A stretch of 64,000 nt of DNA. It comes from Mytilus edulis. Lineage: Eukaryota. The notes beneath the pieces are model-generated. The model was not told the origin of the DNA. It made no database searches and worked only from the letters and a program-made list of their open reading frames with translations. Position 1 is the stretch's first letter; each line of letters starts with the position of its first letter. Where the stretch lies: NCBI RefSeq assembly GCF_963676685.1, contig NC_092353.1, positions 20,243,307 through 20,307,306 of the forward strand, in the 5' to 3' direction. Positions 10,718 to 22,435 of the stretch are shown here, piece by piece. A program made the position numbers and the translations under genes.

Positions 10718-13060
10718 AAACTAGAGGCTCTAAAGAGCCTGTGTCGCTCACCTTGGTCTATGTGCATATTAAACAAAGGACACAAATGGATTCATGACAA
10801 AATTGTATTTTGGTGATGGTGATGTGTTTGAAGTTCTTACTTTACTGAACATTCTTGCTTCTTACAATTATATCTATAATGAACTTTGCCCATTAGTAAC
10901 AGAGAAAAATATTTGGTAAAAATTTACATAAATTTACCAAATTAATGAAAATTGTTAAAAATTGACTATAAAGGGCAATAACTCCTTAAGGGGTCAATTG
11001 ACCATTTAGGTCATGTGGACTTATTTGTAGATCTTACTTTGATGAACATTATCGCTGTTTACAGTTTATTGCTATCTATAATAGTATTCAAGATAATAAC
11101 CAAAAACAGCAAAATTTCTTTAAAAATTACCAATTGGAGGGCAGCAACCCAACAACCGGATGTCCAATTCATTTGAATATTTCAGGGCAGATATATATTG
11201 ACTTGATTAACAATTTAACTCCTTGTCAGACTTCCTCTAAATGATTTGGGTTTCAGAGTTATAAGCAAAAAACTACATTTTACCCCTGTTCTATTTTTAG
11301 CCGTGGTGGCCATCTTGGTTGGATGGCCAGGTCATCGGACACATTTTTCAAACAAGGTACCTCAAAGATGATTGTGGCCAAGTTTGAATTAATTTGGCCC
11401 AGTAGTTTCAGAGGAGAAGATTTTTGTAAAAGATAACTAAGATTTACGAAAAATGGTTAAAAATTGACTATAAAGGGCAATAACTCCTAAAGGGGTCAAC
11501 TGACCATTTCGGTCATGTTGACTTATTTGTAAATCTTACTTTGATGAACATTATTGCTGTTTACAGTTTATCTCTATCTATAATAATATTCAAGATAATA
11601 ACCAAAAACAGCAAAATTTCCTCAAAATTACCAATTCAGGGGCAGCAACCCAACAACAGGTTGACCGATTCATCTGAAAATTTCAGGGCAGATAGATCTT
11701 GACCTGATAAACATTTTTACTTCATATCAGATTTCCTCTAAATGTTTTGGTTTTTGAGTTATCAGCCAAAAACTGCATTTTACCCCTATGTTCTATTTTT
11801 AGCCGTGGCGGCCATCTTGGTTGATTGATCGGGTCACGCCACACATTTTTTAAACTAGATACCCCAAAGATGATTGTGGCCAACTTTGGATTAATTTGGC
11901 CCATTAGTTTCAGAGGAGAAGATTTTTGTAAAAGATTACTTAGATTTACGAAAAATGGTTAAAAATTGACTATAAAGGGCAATAACTCCTAAAGGGGTCA
12001 ACTGACCATTTCCGTCATGTAGACTTATTTGTTAATCTTACTTTGCTTAACATTATTGCTGTTTACAGTTTATCTCTATCTATAATAATGTTCAAGATAA
12101 TAACCAAGAACGGCAAAATTTCCTTAAAATTACCAATTCAGGGGCAGCAACCCAACATCAGGTTGTCCGATTCATCTGAAAATTTCAGGGCAGATAGATC
12201 TTGACCCTATAAACAATTTTACCCCCATGTCAGATTTGCTCTAAATGCTTTAGTTTTTGAGTTATAAGCCAAAAACTGCATTTTACCCCTATGTTCTATT
12301 TTTAGCCGTGGTGGCCATCTTGGTTAGTTGGCCGGGTCACCGGACACATTTTTTAAACTAGATACCCCAATGATGATTGTGGCCAAGTTTGGTTTAATTT
12401 GGCCCAGAAGTTTCAGAGGAGAAGATTTTTCTAAAAGATAACTAAGATTTACGAAAAATGGTTAAAAATTGACTATAAAGGGCAATAACTCCTAAAGGGG
12501 TCAACTGACCATTTGGGTCAGGTTGACTTATTTGTAAATCTTACTTTGCTGAACATTATTGCTGTTTACAGTTTATCTCTATCTATAATAATATTCAAGA
12601 TAATAACCAAAAACAGGAAAATTTCCTTAAAATTACCAATTCAGGGGCAGCAACCCAACAACGGGTTGTCTGATTCATCTGAAAATTTCAGGGCAGATAG
12701 ATCTTGACCTAATGAACAATTTTATCCCGTGTCAGATTTGCTCTAAATGCTTTGGTTTTTGAGTTATAAGCCAAAAACTGCATTTTACCCCTATGTTCTA
12801 TTTTTAGCCATGGCGGCCATCTTGGTTGGTTGACCGGGTCACCAGACACATTTTTTAAACTAGATACCCCAATGATGATTGTGGCTAAGTTTGGTTAAAT
12901 TTGGCCCAGTAGTTTCAGAGGAGAAGATTTTTGTAAAAGTTAACGACGCCAGACGACGACGGACGACAGACGACGGACGACAGACGACGGACGCCGGACG
13001 CCGGACGCCAAGTGCTGGGAAAAGCTCACTTGGCCCTTTGGGCCAGGTGAGCTAAAAAGA
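10718..13060. repeat. Satellite-carrying non-autonomous element (family C). ~5 tandem ~480-bp units starting ACTAGAGGCTCTAAAGAGCCTGTGTCGCTCACCTTGGTC and ending in a (GACGRC)n microsatellite plus perfect hairpin AGCTCACTTGGCCC-TTT-GGGCCAGGTGAGCT-AAAAA.
   Basis: Direct sequence comparison of units. The same 5' head and 3' hairpin terminus recur at 16366-17220, 27146-28444 and 51178-53850. Confidence 0.8.
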
Positions 13061-13097
13061 GAGGACTTTTACACAAAAACTTTTATACTGTACTTAC

Positions 13098-13187
13098 ACT
13101 GGAATCACTTGAGTCACTTGAGTCATCAGCTAATATGCTCATAGCTTTTTTATTAGCTGCTTGTAATCGACTGTCAGATGCTAAACT
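13098..13187 (-). CDS. SNAP-25-family exon (SLASDSRLQAANKKAMSILADDSSDSSDSS), continuing the Qc motif into a Ser/Asp-rich tail
   Basis: Matches SNAP-25 ADSNKTRIDEANQRATKML. Acceptor attttcag|AGTTTAGC. Donor TCCAGT|gtaagt. Phase 0 compatible with the previous exon. Confidence 0.6.
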
Positions 13188-13299
13188 CTGAAAATATTAT
13201 AAATAATTCTATCAGTTCACTCCACAACTTACTTTCTTATTTATCCATCAAATTTCCTATCTTTCAAATTTCATTGAAAAAAACAACAAGATTTTTCAT

Positions 13300-13880
13300 G
13301 AAGAACACTTTACAGGTGAATGATGCCTCAATGATCTATGCCCATGCAATAAGCAATGCCTCAACAAAGACTTCAACTTCCTGATGCCTCAATGATCTAT
13401 GCCCATGCAATAAGCAATGCCTCAACAAAGACATCACCTTCCAGATGCCTTGAGGATCTACGCCCATGCAACAAGTAATGCCTCAACAAAGACATCACCT
13501 TCCAGATGCCTTCAGGATCTATGCCCATGTAATAAGTAATGCCTCAACAAAGACATCACCTTCCAGATGCCTTGATGATCTATGCCCATGCAATAAGCAA
13601 CAAACACATCACCTTCCAAATGCCTTGAGAATCTATGCCAATGCAACAAGCAATTCCTCAACAAAGACATCACCTTCCAGATGCCTTGAGGATCTATGCC
13701 CATGCAACAAGCAATGCCTCAACAAACACATCACCTTCCTGATGCCTCATTGATCTATGCCCATGCAACAAGCAATGCCACAACAAACACATCACCTTCC
13801 GGATGCCTCAAGGATCTATGCCCATGCAACAAGCAATGCCTCAACAAAGACATCACCTTCCAGATGCAAGATGATGCCTT
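13300..13880. repeat. ~60-bp minisatellite (TGCCTCAATGATCTATGCCCATGCAATAAGCAATGCCTCAACAAAGACATCACCTTCCAGA)n, ~10 copies, in intron of the SNAP-25-like gene
   Basis: Direct inspection. ORFs 13466..13753 and 13696..13920 are artefacts. Confidence 0.85.
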
Positions 13881-14262
13881 CAAGCATCACAGATTCATGA
13901 AAATGTTCATTTTTATTTAACCAGCTCATAGTATTGTACCCCCTTTTAGTGTAGCTTTATAATGTATTATATTTTGAAAACAAAACTATCCTGTAACAAA
14001 AAAATGTTGATTTAGAGATCTAAATGTCATATTTTTTTGACACAATTTAGCAAAAATTAGTATTGCCATGTCCAACAAACTACTTAGCCTCAAGAGTATA
14101 TTTCTGTGTATTTTAACAGTAAATCAATATCACAATCTCCTAATCTGGTGAAACACAAGTTCTACCAAAAGTATCAAACATGATAAATTATTATTGTATT
14201 GAAACATTGTTACAGCCCTGTCTTACTGAGAACATATCTGTTCATTTTAGTATATCACTAAC

Positions 14263-14371
14263 CTTGGTTGATATTCTATCCACTTGTGCATTCTGTTTGG
14301 AAATCTCAGCTTCCATATCTAGAGACATATGTCTTAGGTCTCCTAGCATTGAAGCTATATCCCCTAAATTC
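14263..14371 (-). CDS. SNAP-25-family t-SNARE, Qc SNARE-motif exon (NLGDIASMLGDLRHMSLDMEAEISKQNAQVDRISTK)
   Basis: Strong match to SNAP-25 C-terminal SNARE motif [36 protein letters not shown]. Acceptor tttaag|G at 14372; donor ACCAAG|gttagt at 14262. Confidence 0.7.
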
Positions 14372-14837
14372 CTTAAACATGGAAATTATAAAAGATTTTC
14401 TATGATAGTAGAAACTAATGCATTGTTGATTCAGCAACATAATACAAGAACAAAATAGAACAAAAAAATAATTTTCCTTGTTAATAACAAAAGCAACTGA
14501 TCATTATACCTTCATCAACTTTTATTCCTAAGGACAATTAGATTGAGGTCAAACTTTTGCATATAGACAATGAATTGTATTACATTTTGGGCTATTCCTA
14601 GCTAACTATGAGGTATGCATTTTACTCATTGGTGGAGGCGGTACAGTGACCTATATAGTTGTTAATTTCTATGTCATTTGGTCTCTGGTGAAGGAAGAGT
14701 TATCTCATTGGAAATCATACTCCATCTTCTTATTTTTATAATAGATTAGAAAACAGAGCCTTGGTAACCGAGTGGTCTAAGTAGTTTATCTACTGTATCA
14801 CTAGCCTGTCAACACTGAGGTTGTGAGTTGGAACTAA

Positions 14838-16130
14838 TCAAAGAGCTGAATAGCTCTGAGGGGAAAGACGGTCATTGTTTTTTAAAAAAAAAATTGGGGG
14901 GGGGGGGGTATCTTGATAGTCTTCATATAAAGAATGAAAAAAAGAACAGCTAAAACATAGAAAGGTTGACAATATTGAAATCAATTGTTGTTTTATGTAA
15001 TTTCATTTTCTTAGTTTAGGATTCAATTTGGACCAATGGAAGAGATCTGCATCTTCTAAATCTAAACATTTGATTAAAGTTGATAGTTAATTATCTAAAA
15101 TTCAACTGAATTCTGTCATTTAACAACTACTACTGTAACAATATATTTTGAAATTTTAATTGTGTACCACTGAACTGCAGGCTAGGGCCATCTTCCATTT
15201 TTTGTGACAGTACTCTTAAGATTTTTAATTTTTTTCTTATGAAAGTGTCTCAGGACTGAAAAATCTATTCAGCTTTAAAATTCCATTGATAAGTTCCCAG
15301 TTACAACTCTCATCACAGGGATACAGGTACTAATAAAAGCCAATATGATTGATGTTAACTGTGTGAAGCTTGTTTCCAGATCCTACATTTTGAAATATTT
15401 GTAAATTTCATGAATAAATAGGTTTAAACTACAAAATGCAACATTTTAAATAAATTTTTTTTACCATTACAATGATTATGTTGGTATTCAAAATTTAGTT
15501 TTAATGGAAGACTACTAATCATATACTAAATGTCATATTTTAAGTGTTCAGATACATTAACTTTTATTTTAGTGGATAATTACTCATCAATTGAGGTGTT
15601 CCTGTATTGGAGGAAGATTCTCAAAACAGAATTTTACAGGAAAAATGAAAAAAAAAAATTTTCTCCCCAATTCATGTATCCCCACGGCCTTTGTTTACCT
15701 TGAAAGTTACCAGTTGACCTATAAATTAAAGCATTGTATGTTGATGTTTTAATCATCTACAGCAAACATGATTATGTTTAAATTTAACAAATACCAATTT
15801 TTAATTAGTGCTTGAACTCTGAGAATGATTTAAATAACTAGTGAAGAATATTCCTGCTTCTACGTAGTGTTGCATTCCAACAAAGACGTCACTATTAAAT
15901 ATAGTTAGGTTGAATATATTTAGAATATCTCGTCATACTGATTTTTCAAGTTTGTAAAAGAAACGTAAATAGTGTAAAGGAGAGCTCAAGGTACGATAAT
16001 TTCGCAAGAAACAGAAGGGAAATGTGTAAAAAAAGGGTTTAAAGTCAATCTATTCATTTGTGTGTCTCCTTCTCATCAATCTCAGTAAGATTTGTTGGGG
16101 TGTTTTCCACACTATAAAAACAAAATGAAT
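14838..16130. repeat. Interspersed repeat family B (~1.3 kb; second copy 46026-47575)
   Basis: ~85% identity over >1.2 kb between the two loci, including (G)n tract and A-rich stretch. Confidence 0.6.
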
Positions 16131-16365
16131 GGCATGAGGGGATGTCAGTCTGGGCTTGAAGCAAAAAGGTTTACAATACCATAATTTCATAATTTCAACA
16201 AGCAAGGGTAAAACACATTGTAACTATTTGCTTTAATATTTATTCCTTTTTTATGAGTTTTAAAGTCTCTCAAATGGATAGGTTGTTAATTAGCAGGTTT
16301 AAATTATAAATCATCAACCTCTATCCAAACCCTTCATCATATTACTGGTTTGAAAACTAGAGGCT

Positions 16366-17220
16366 CTAAAGAACATGTGTAGCTAACCTTGGTCTATGTG
16401 AATATTAAACAAAGGACACAGATGGATTAATGACAAAATTGTGTTTTGATGATGGTGATGCGTTTGTAGATCTTCCTTTACTAAACTTTCTTGCTGCTTA
16501 CAATTATCTCTATCTATAATGAACTTAGCCCAGTAGTTTCAATGAAAACATGTCTGTGAAAATTTACAAATTTTATGAAAATCGTTAAAAATTGACTATA
16601 AAGGGCAATAACTCCTTAGGGGGTCAATTGACCATTTTGGTCAAGTTGACTTATTTTTAGGTCTTACTTTGCTGAACATTATTGCTGTTGTCAGTTTATC
16701 TCTATCTATAATAATAACAAAAAATGGCAAAATTTCCTTATGATGATTGTGGCCAAGTTTGGTTTAATTTGGCCCAGTAGTTTCAGAGGAGAAGATTTTT
16801 TTAAAAGAATACGAAGATTTACGAAAAATGGTTTAAAATTGACTATCAAGGGCAATAACTCCTAAAGGGGTCAACTGACCATTTTGGTCATGTTCACTTA
16901 TTTGTAAATCTTACTTTGCTGAACATTATTGCTGTTTACAATTTATCTTTATCTATAATAATATTCAAGATAATAAACAGAAACAGCAAAATTTCCTTAA
17001 TATTACCAATTTAGTGGCAGCAACCCAACAACAGATTCTCCGATTCATCTGAAAATTTCAGGGCAGATAGATTGATTGTGGTCAAGCTTGGTTAAATTTG
17101 ACCCAGTAGTTTCAGAGGAGAAGATTTTTGTAAAAGTTAACAGACGACGCAGGATGACGACGACGGACGCAAAGTGATGAGAAAAGCTCACTTGGCCCTT
17201 TGGGCCAGGTGAGCTAAAAA
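16366..17220. repeat. Family C satellite-carrying element, copy 2 (~1.7 units, same (GACGRC)n plus hairpin terminus). Lies in intron of the SNAP-25-like gene.
   Basis: Same termini as 10718-13060. Confidence 0.8.
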
Positions 17221-17294
17221 TTAAATGTCCAATCGAATCATACAAATACATACTGATCCATGCCTCTTTTTTTGTGCTTTTCAATATTTTTTAC

Positions 17295-17320
17295 AGCATC
17301 TGATCTTCTTTGCAATTCTT
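17295..17320 (-). CDS. Candidate micro-exon of the SNAP-25-like gene, N-terminal ((E)ELQRRSDA ~ SNAP-25 EEMQRRADQ)
   Basis: Acceptor ttgttgcag|AAGAATTG. Donor GATGCT|gtaaaaaat. Short, weak homology. Confidence 0.2.
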
Positions 17321-17996
17321 CTGCAACAAAACAAAAACATTTCTTTGAAATTCATACAAAAATCAAACAGCCCATTCTCTTGCATTGACTTTTCAATATT
17401 TCAGAACTAATGCTAAATAGATGGAAATGAATAAATTTTTGTTTTTAATTCTTTTTGAATGGAGTAAAAGACAATTTTGATTTGATGCTTTACTTTATTG
17501 CAGACATAATCTGGGTCTTTAAGCGTATTGGATCTGAATGCCAAGAGTTTGTGTCACAAAAAAAACTTACGATTAAGATTGAACGTAAGTCATTAACAGT
17601 TCAGAATAGTAAGGATAATCTTAGTAAGGATTTTTTTTGTGAAACCTACCCCTGGACAGTATTTCCAATTTTAATGATAAAAATCATTTTTTTATTCTTA
17701 ATTCTGCAAAAAAATCATTTGGAAAGAAATGGTTTAAGGTGTTTTCAATTTATTATCAAAATAAACAAACTGGAGGATTCAGAGAGACTGTGTTGCTCAC
17801 CTTGGTCAATGTACATCTTCAACAATTGACACTCTCTAACATTGTAGACTAGGATAGAATTGATGGTAAAAATTTCTTGTTTTAATTTTGTATTGTTTAT
17901 AATTTTTTTAGTACACTGTTTCTCTCTGTCTTCTTAAGTTTTTGCCAAAAAAAACCTCCAAAAAGGTTAAAAAACTTGAAGACCTCCCTTGGACTC

Positions 17997-18119
17997 TTAA
18001 AATGAAATATTTTTACCAAATTCAGCCAATGACATATCCGATCCTAATGGTCTTATTTCTAAGGTTTCGCCTAGTTCTTCTTGTTCTAATTCTTCTAATT
18101 CTGCTAACAGATCATCATC
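17997..18119 (-). CDS. CHMP4: CHMP4/Snf7 terminal coding exon (DDDLLAELEELEQEELGETLEIRPLGSDMSLAEFGKNISF*). Stop at 17997-17999 unless an internal donor GAATTTG|gtaaaaat is used.
   Basis: Matches CHMP4B DEDELMAELEELEQEELDKNLLEI. Acceptor gattttacag|GATGATGAT. Confidence 0.65.
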   Translation of the reverse strand, partial: DDDLLAELEELEQEELGETLEIRPLGSDMSLAEFGKNISF

Positions 18120-18431
18120 CTGTAAAATCAATTTCAAATTGAGTACAAAATACAGTTGGTTCCATAACTTGAAAGCCAAAAATCAATCAATTGATTGTTC
18201 ATTGTTTAACATTCAGTGTCAAATATTTCATACATGTTCATAATGACAAAATCCATCAATCAGCCCATTGTAAAATTCTTGAGATACCCATGCATACACG
18301 CTTTTGGACGGATGAGCTGCTATTACTTTTATCACAAATTGCCAAAAAATCCACTAAAGGCGAAGCTGGTAATCTTATGTAATTCATGTACATATCATGT
18401 CCACTGGCACTGGTATTCAGCATACTATGTC

Positions 18432-19253
18432 CACAGTGTGGGAACGGAACTGTACGGTGTTTTAATATTTTTGTCATTCGGGAGACTGTCAAGCGGTGCT
18501 CCGACATTCGAAAAACAACAAGTTGATGAATGTAAGATTTGATTAACACAAACGTTACAATATTAAGTTTCTGTTTAAAGATTTGGTAACGAAAACATTC
18601 TACACATATATATAGACCAATCAAATGCTGTAAGCAACATATACAGCCAGACGTTTTCTATTAAACGGTTGAGCTCCAAGTAAATCGCTCAAAATTCTTG
18701 TTTCTCATGAATACTGTAGTCAAAATCATTACTCTGCTCCCAAGCGACACTACAGAACTGCTCCAAGTGATAATACAGTCGAAAGTTGTTTACCGACAAG
18801 CGACCGTACAGTGAAAAATATTTAGTGACTTCTGTTTTCAAAGATTTAGAACTATTTTCTAGTGTAAACATGGTGAAGTTGAATATGATGAAAAAATATA
18901 TAATAATTCTTATTACACAACTTAAAATTTTGTTAAAAAAACCTTTTAAAGTCAGATTTTCAGCTGAATGAAGGCAATCACTTGCATAATTTGGGTCGGA
19001 GCTCTTACTTTTATTCCATTTTTTTCCATGTTTTCTTGCCTCTAGAATATTTTTTGACCCCTGGAATGTTTGAATATTATTGACAGATGCAATACTTTTC
19101 TCATATGCATTAAAAGTGAGCCCAGAGATAGTAATTATATAAAACAATTACTTCTTCGTAGCTGAAAATGCTCTCGAATGTCGGAGCCCCGCTTGACAGT
19201 CTCCGGAATGACCAAAACATTAAAACACCGTACAGTTCCGTTCCCACACTGTG
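18432..19253. mobile_element. Non-autonomous Transib-like DNA transposon (822 bp), ~95-bp TIRs beginning CACAGTG, flanked by 5-bp TSD ATGTC (18427-18431 and 19254-19258)
   Basis: Left end …catactATGTC|CACAGTGTGGGAACGGAACTGTACGGTGTTTTAAT… Right end …ATTAAAACACCGTACAGTTCCGTTCCCACACTGTG|ATGTCcc. The arms are reverse complements over ~95 bp. A 5-bp TSD with CACNGTG termini is the Transib/RAG-like hallmark. No transposase ORF. Confidence 0.7.
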
Positions 19254-20003
19254 ATGTCCCTTCTGTCAAAATTTGGGTTTTAACAAAGTTGGTTATGTGA
19301 TAGAACTACAGATTTTAAAATTATTCTTATTATCAATTTATTAATTCATTTAACAGATCTTATATGAAGTATTAAGTATAACAATTATATCAACTGGACT
19401 GTTTTTTTTAGAGAATAATTGTACCCCTTAATAAATTAATTTGTACATAATATATTTATTCATTAAATTTGAAGAATTGTCTGAGCCGTGTATATGACTT
19501 CCGTTATCAACTGCTTCTGGTATATATCATGTGCTTCTGGCTAGTATGACATGCCTTTCTTAAATGTTATTGCAAAGCATTTCGACATCATTCTGCAAAT
19601 TTTAGAAAATTAACCTCAGTGGTACATTTTAATGAAAAACATACTAGAAATGCTATGTTATAATCTATATATCGTTATCTTACATTACCTTTCCAATAAC
19701 AACACATGCAATTCCTAAATAAATACTAAGCTATTGTTGGAACATGAACTAGATTATTATTCAAATGTTTGAGAAATGTGAATAAGCCCTCAGACCTGAA
19801 TCAAGAGGGTTCCAAAAAAACTTGATTGTAGGTAATTCTTTGATTTTTGTTGTTGCTGTCTAACTGAAGTATATCGCACATCCCCTTTATTTTCTAACAG
19901 CTATCAGATCACCCTTGTGTTTCTGCAATCCATATACCATTGAGTGTAAGTTTCTTTAATGTCCAGTGGCAAATATATCAAGAGTGTGCATGACAATACT
20001 AAC

Positions 20004-20088
20004 CTCATCTGCTGTCAATCCAAAATAATTAGTAGAAATAGCATCACATATTTCATCAGACACTAGATTATGAACATGGTCAATATCC
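20004..20088 (-). CDS. CHMP4: CHMP4/Snf7 exon (RDIDHVHNLVSDEICDAISTNYFGLTADE)
   Basis: Matches CHMP4B DIDKVDELMQDIADQQELAEEISTAIS. Acceptor ttccccag|GGATATTG. Donor GATGAG|gttagt. Phase 2 to 0. Confidence 0.7.
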
Positions 20089-22274
20089 CTGGGGAAAAAA
20101 CATAAAAAGTACATTTATGTTATATAAAGAAAGAAAAAAGAATAGTCGGCTTTACATCAAAAATGATTTTTCCTCTCAGAGTCTGAAAGGAAAACTTTTC
20201 AACTTTGATCATACAAAGAGGCGAAAACTAGCTTCAAGTACTCTTTGAACTGTACTTTGTGTCTTTAGTCTTTTGGTTAGTTGTTAATTGTTTTATATGT
20301 GTCAATCTAATGAGTGTTGTCCTTTTCAATTGATTATAATAGTTTGTTTTTATGTTGTGCTGCTACACCGCTGTCCTACATATTTGTTTTTCCTTAATTG
20401 TTATAGCTTACTAAATAGTATGGGTTTTGCTCATTGTTGAAGTATGATGAAGAAAATGAAATTGGATTTTTAAGTAAAGAATTCATAAATATGAGATATT
20501 AAACATTTAAGGGAATACGATACAGTAGCAGGGGCAGATAATAACGTTGTCGAAACTTGTCATGTTGTTTCCGCGACGTTGTTAATCAGAACGTTGTGAT
20601 TTCGCGATGTTTCTAATAAGAACGATTACATTTTGCGACGTCGCTTTAGATGTATTCACATTTGCGGAAAATTCATTGACGTCATAAACCCGGTTGGGCG
20701 GATTTGAAAAAAGTACCTGCTAAAAAAATTGTCCATATCACAAGAATTGTTATATTTATTCATTATTAATTAAAGTTAAGAAGTTAAGAAGTAAACAGTA
20801 TTAACTTGAAATGAGAAAAAAAAATCAAATCCACATACAAAATTTTATATGTGTTTTATTTCATATAGGAAATGAATAAAAGATATGTAAATAATAATAC
20901 GTCGCTGAGACAGAAACCCAACTACACAAAAAGCCCAATAAGTAATTTAGGTATCAACGTACTATCTTGATAAATATTTAGTATCTACACTATTTGGCAA
21001 ACTATAAATCGTACGGAGAATTTCACTGATAATTTTAACAGACTATCAACAAAATGACAAAATAACATAATAAATAAAGAAAACGACTCCTACTGATTCT
21101 GACTTTGAATAGGTAAATTCTTGAAAACGTTAAACGGCAATTTAGAATTTAACCAAGTGTATGTGTATGAAGAAGAACTGTCAGTTAAAAAGAAACAGTC
21201 ATAAGCACGGTACGTATTATAGAACAAAGCATCCGTTGATGTGCTAAGTATATCCTTATGTACATATTGAGAGAAAAAAATGGCACTCAGGAATTAGGTA
21301 TCTGACTAACCAGGAAAGTGTTCACACGTTGCAGCTCATGATGTTAAGCTGCTGACCAAAGACAACAAATATGAAGTTACTCTGTGAGGTAGTATCTTAG
21401 ATAAGAAAAAAATATTTCTTGGACCACGGAACGGACGGACAAACAATGTGGTTGCACCTACTCCTAGATTGGAGGTCTTATTCAGAAAAGTAAGGGAACG
21501 GCCATTTAACGTCAAAGTTAGAAAGGGAGAGGGGTAATGTTTTTCCCCATAAAGAAATGTTGTGGTCAAGCAGGTGACAAAATTAATTAAAATTCTGAAT
21601 CCAGATGTTTCCTGTTCCTTAGGCTATATTGTCCAATTTGTTCAATTTTGAAAAAAAATTGATTGATGGAGTCGAAAAACGAAAACTTAAAAAAAAATGT
21701 CCTAATAAATGGTTGCTCTCTACGTCATTAATTATATGTACCATAATAAAAGAGAATACCCCGAAAACAAGCTTAGGTAACTTATCTAATGATACAGAAT
21801 CATGCAATTTCATGCTCTAATACCGACGGCTGTACTTCCAATAAAATGTTAAACTACACCGTAATGGACTATGTTGAATAATTACGACATAAATTTGTTC
21901 AAGACCGCTCTAAATATTCACTTTTTATATATGTTCAGAGTAGTGCCTAAGTTGACCTGATTTAATGTGGATATGGTTTTGTTTTCATATAATGCCTATA
22001 GAGTAGGCCGTTAGTTTTTCTTATTTGAATCGTTTCACATTTTCATATCGGGGATTTTTAAAGCTGAATAATTACATTAGATGTATGTTTCATTATAATA
22101 CTTTATTCTCATTGGCTAACTGCACATCACGTGTTATTCCGTAAGCAGTTGCATTGCTCAATACAACTTTTCATTCATGATAACACGTGGTCTAACAATA
22201 AAGTGCACAGGTGAATTAAATTAAAAAAAATATGTAAAATACGTGTTTTCATGATCAAAGCTAAAAAATGTAAT

Positions 22275-22435
22275 TATAAGTATTGAATGCTTCTTTTTGT
22301 AACTTTATAGGGTTGTAAAAGCGTTGACCGTGCGCACATTTTTAGAATGAAGCGCTTCCGCGCTTCATACAAAATGTACTTCGGTCAACGCTTTTACACT
22401 CCAATAAATTTACAAAAAGAAGCATTCAATTCTTA
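22275..22435. repeat. Nested perfect palindrome / foldback. Outer IR GAATGCTTCTTTTTGTAA…TTACAAAAAGAAGCATTC; inner IR GTAAAAGCGTTGACCG…CGGTCAACGCTTTTAC; central GAAGCGCTTCCGCGCTTC. Lies in CHMP4 intron. MITE-like.
   Basis: Reverse-complement symmetry read directly. Confidence 0.6.

Noticed and set aside
10718-13060. Regular ~480-bp repeat array considered as a possible CRISPR or rDNA-like array
   Set aside because: Units are 480 bp with no spacer/repeat alternation and no rRNA similarity. The sequence is eukaryotic, and the array is a satellite carried by a mobile element.
13466-13920. Overlapping plus/minus ORFs with repeated HHLPDA…NASTKTSPS peptides
   Set aside because: Artefacts of the 60-bp minisatellite at 13300-13880.
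17455-17829. 124-aa plus-strand ORF
   Set aside because: AT-rich low-complexity sequence overlapping a family C fragment (17760-17830). No splice-site support or homology.
18216-19147. ORFs of 108-152 aa inside 18200-19150
   Set aside because: They lie within or across the TIRs of the Transib-like non-autonomous element, have no transposase similarity and no codon-usage signal. Judged spurious.
22080-22200. CCAAT-box-like (cattggct) plus two inverted CACGTG E-boxes; considered as a promoter
   Set aside because: Located deep in CHMP4 intron 2 with no adjacent first exon identified. Could equally be part of the neighbouring palindromic MITE. Insufficient support.
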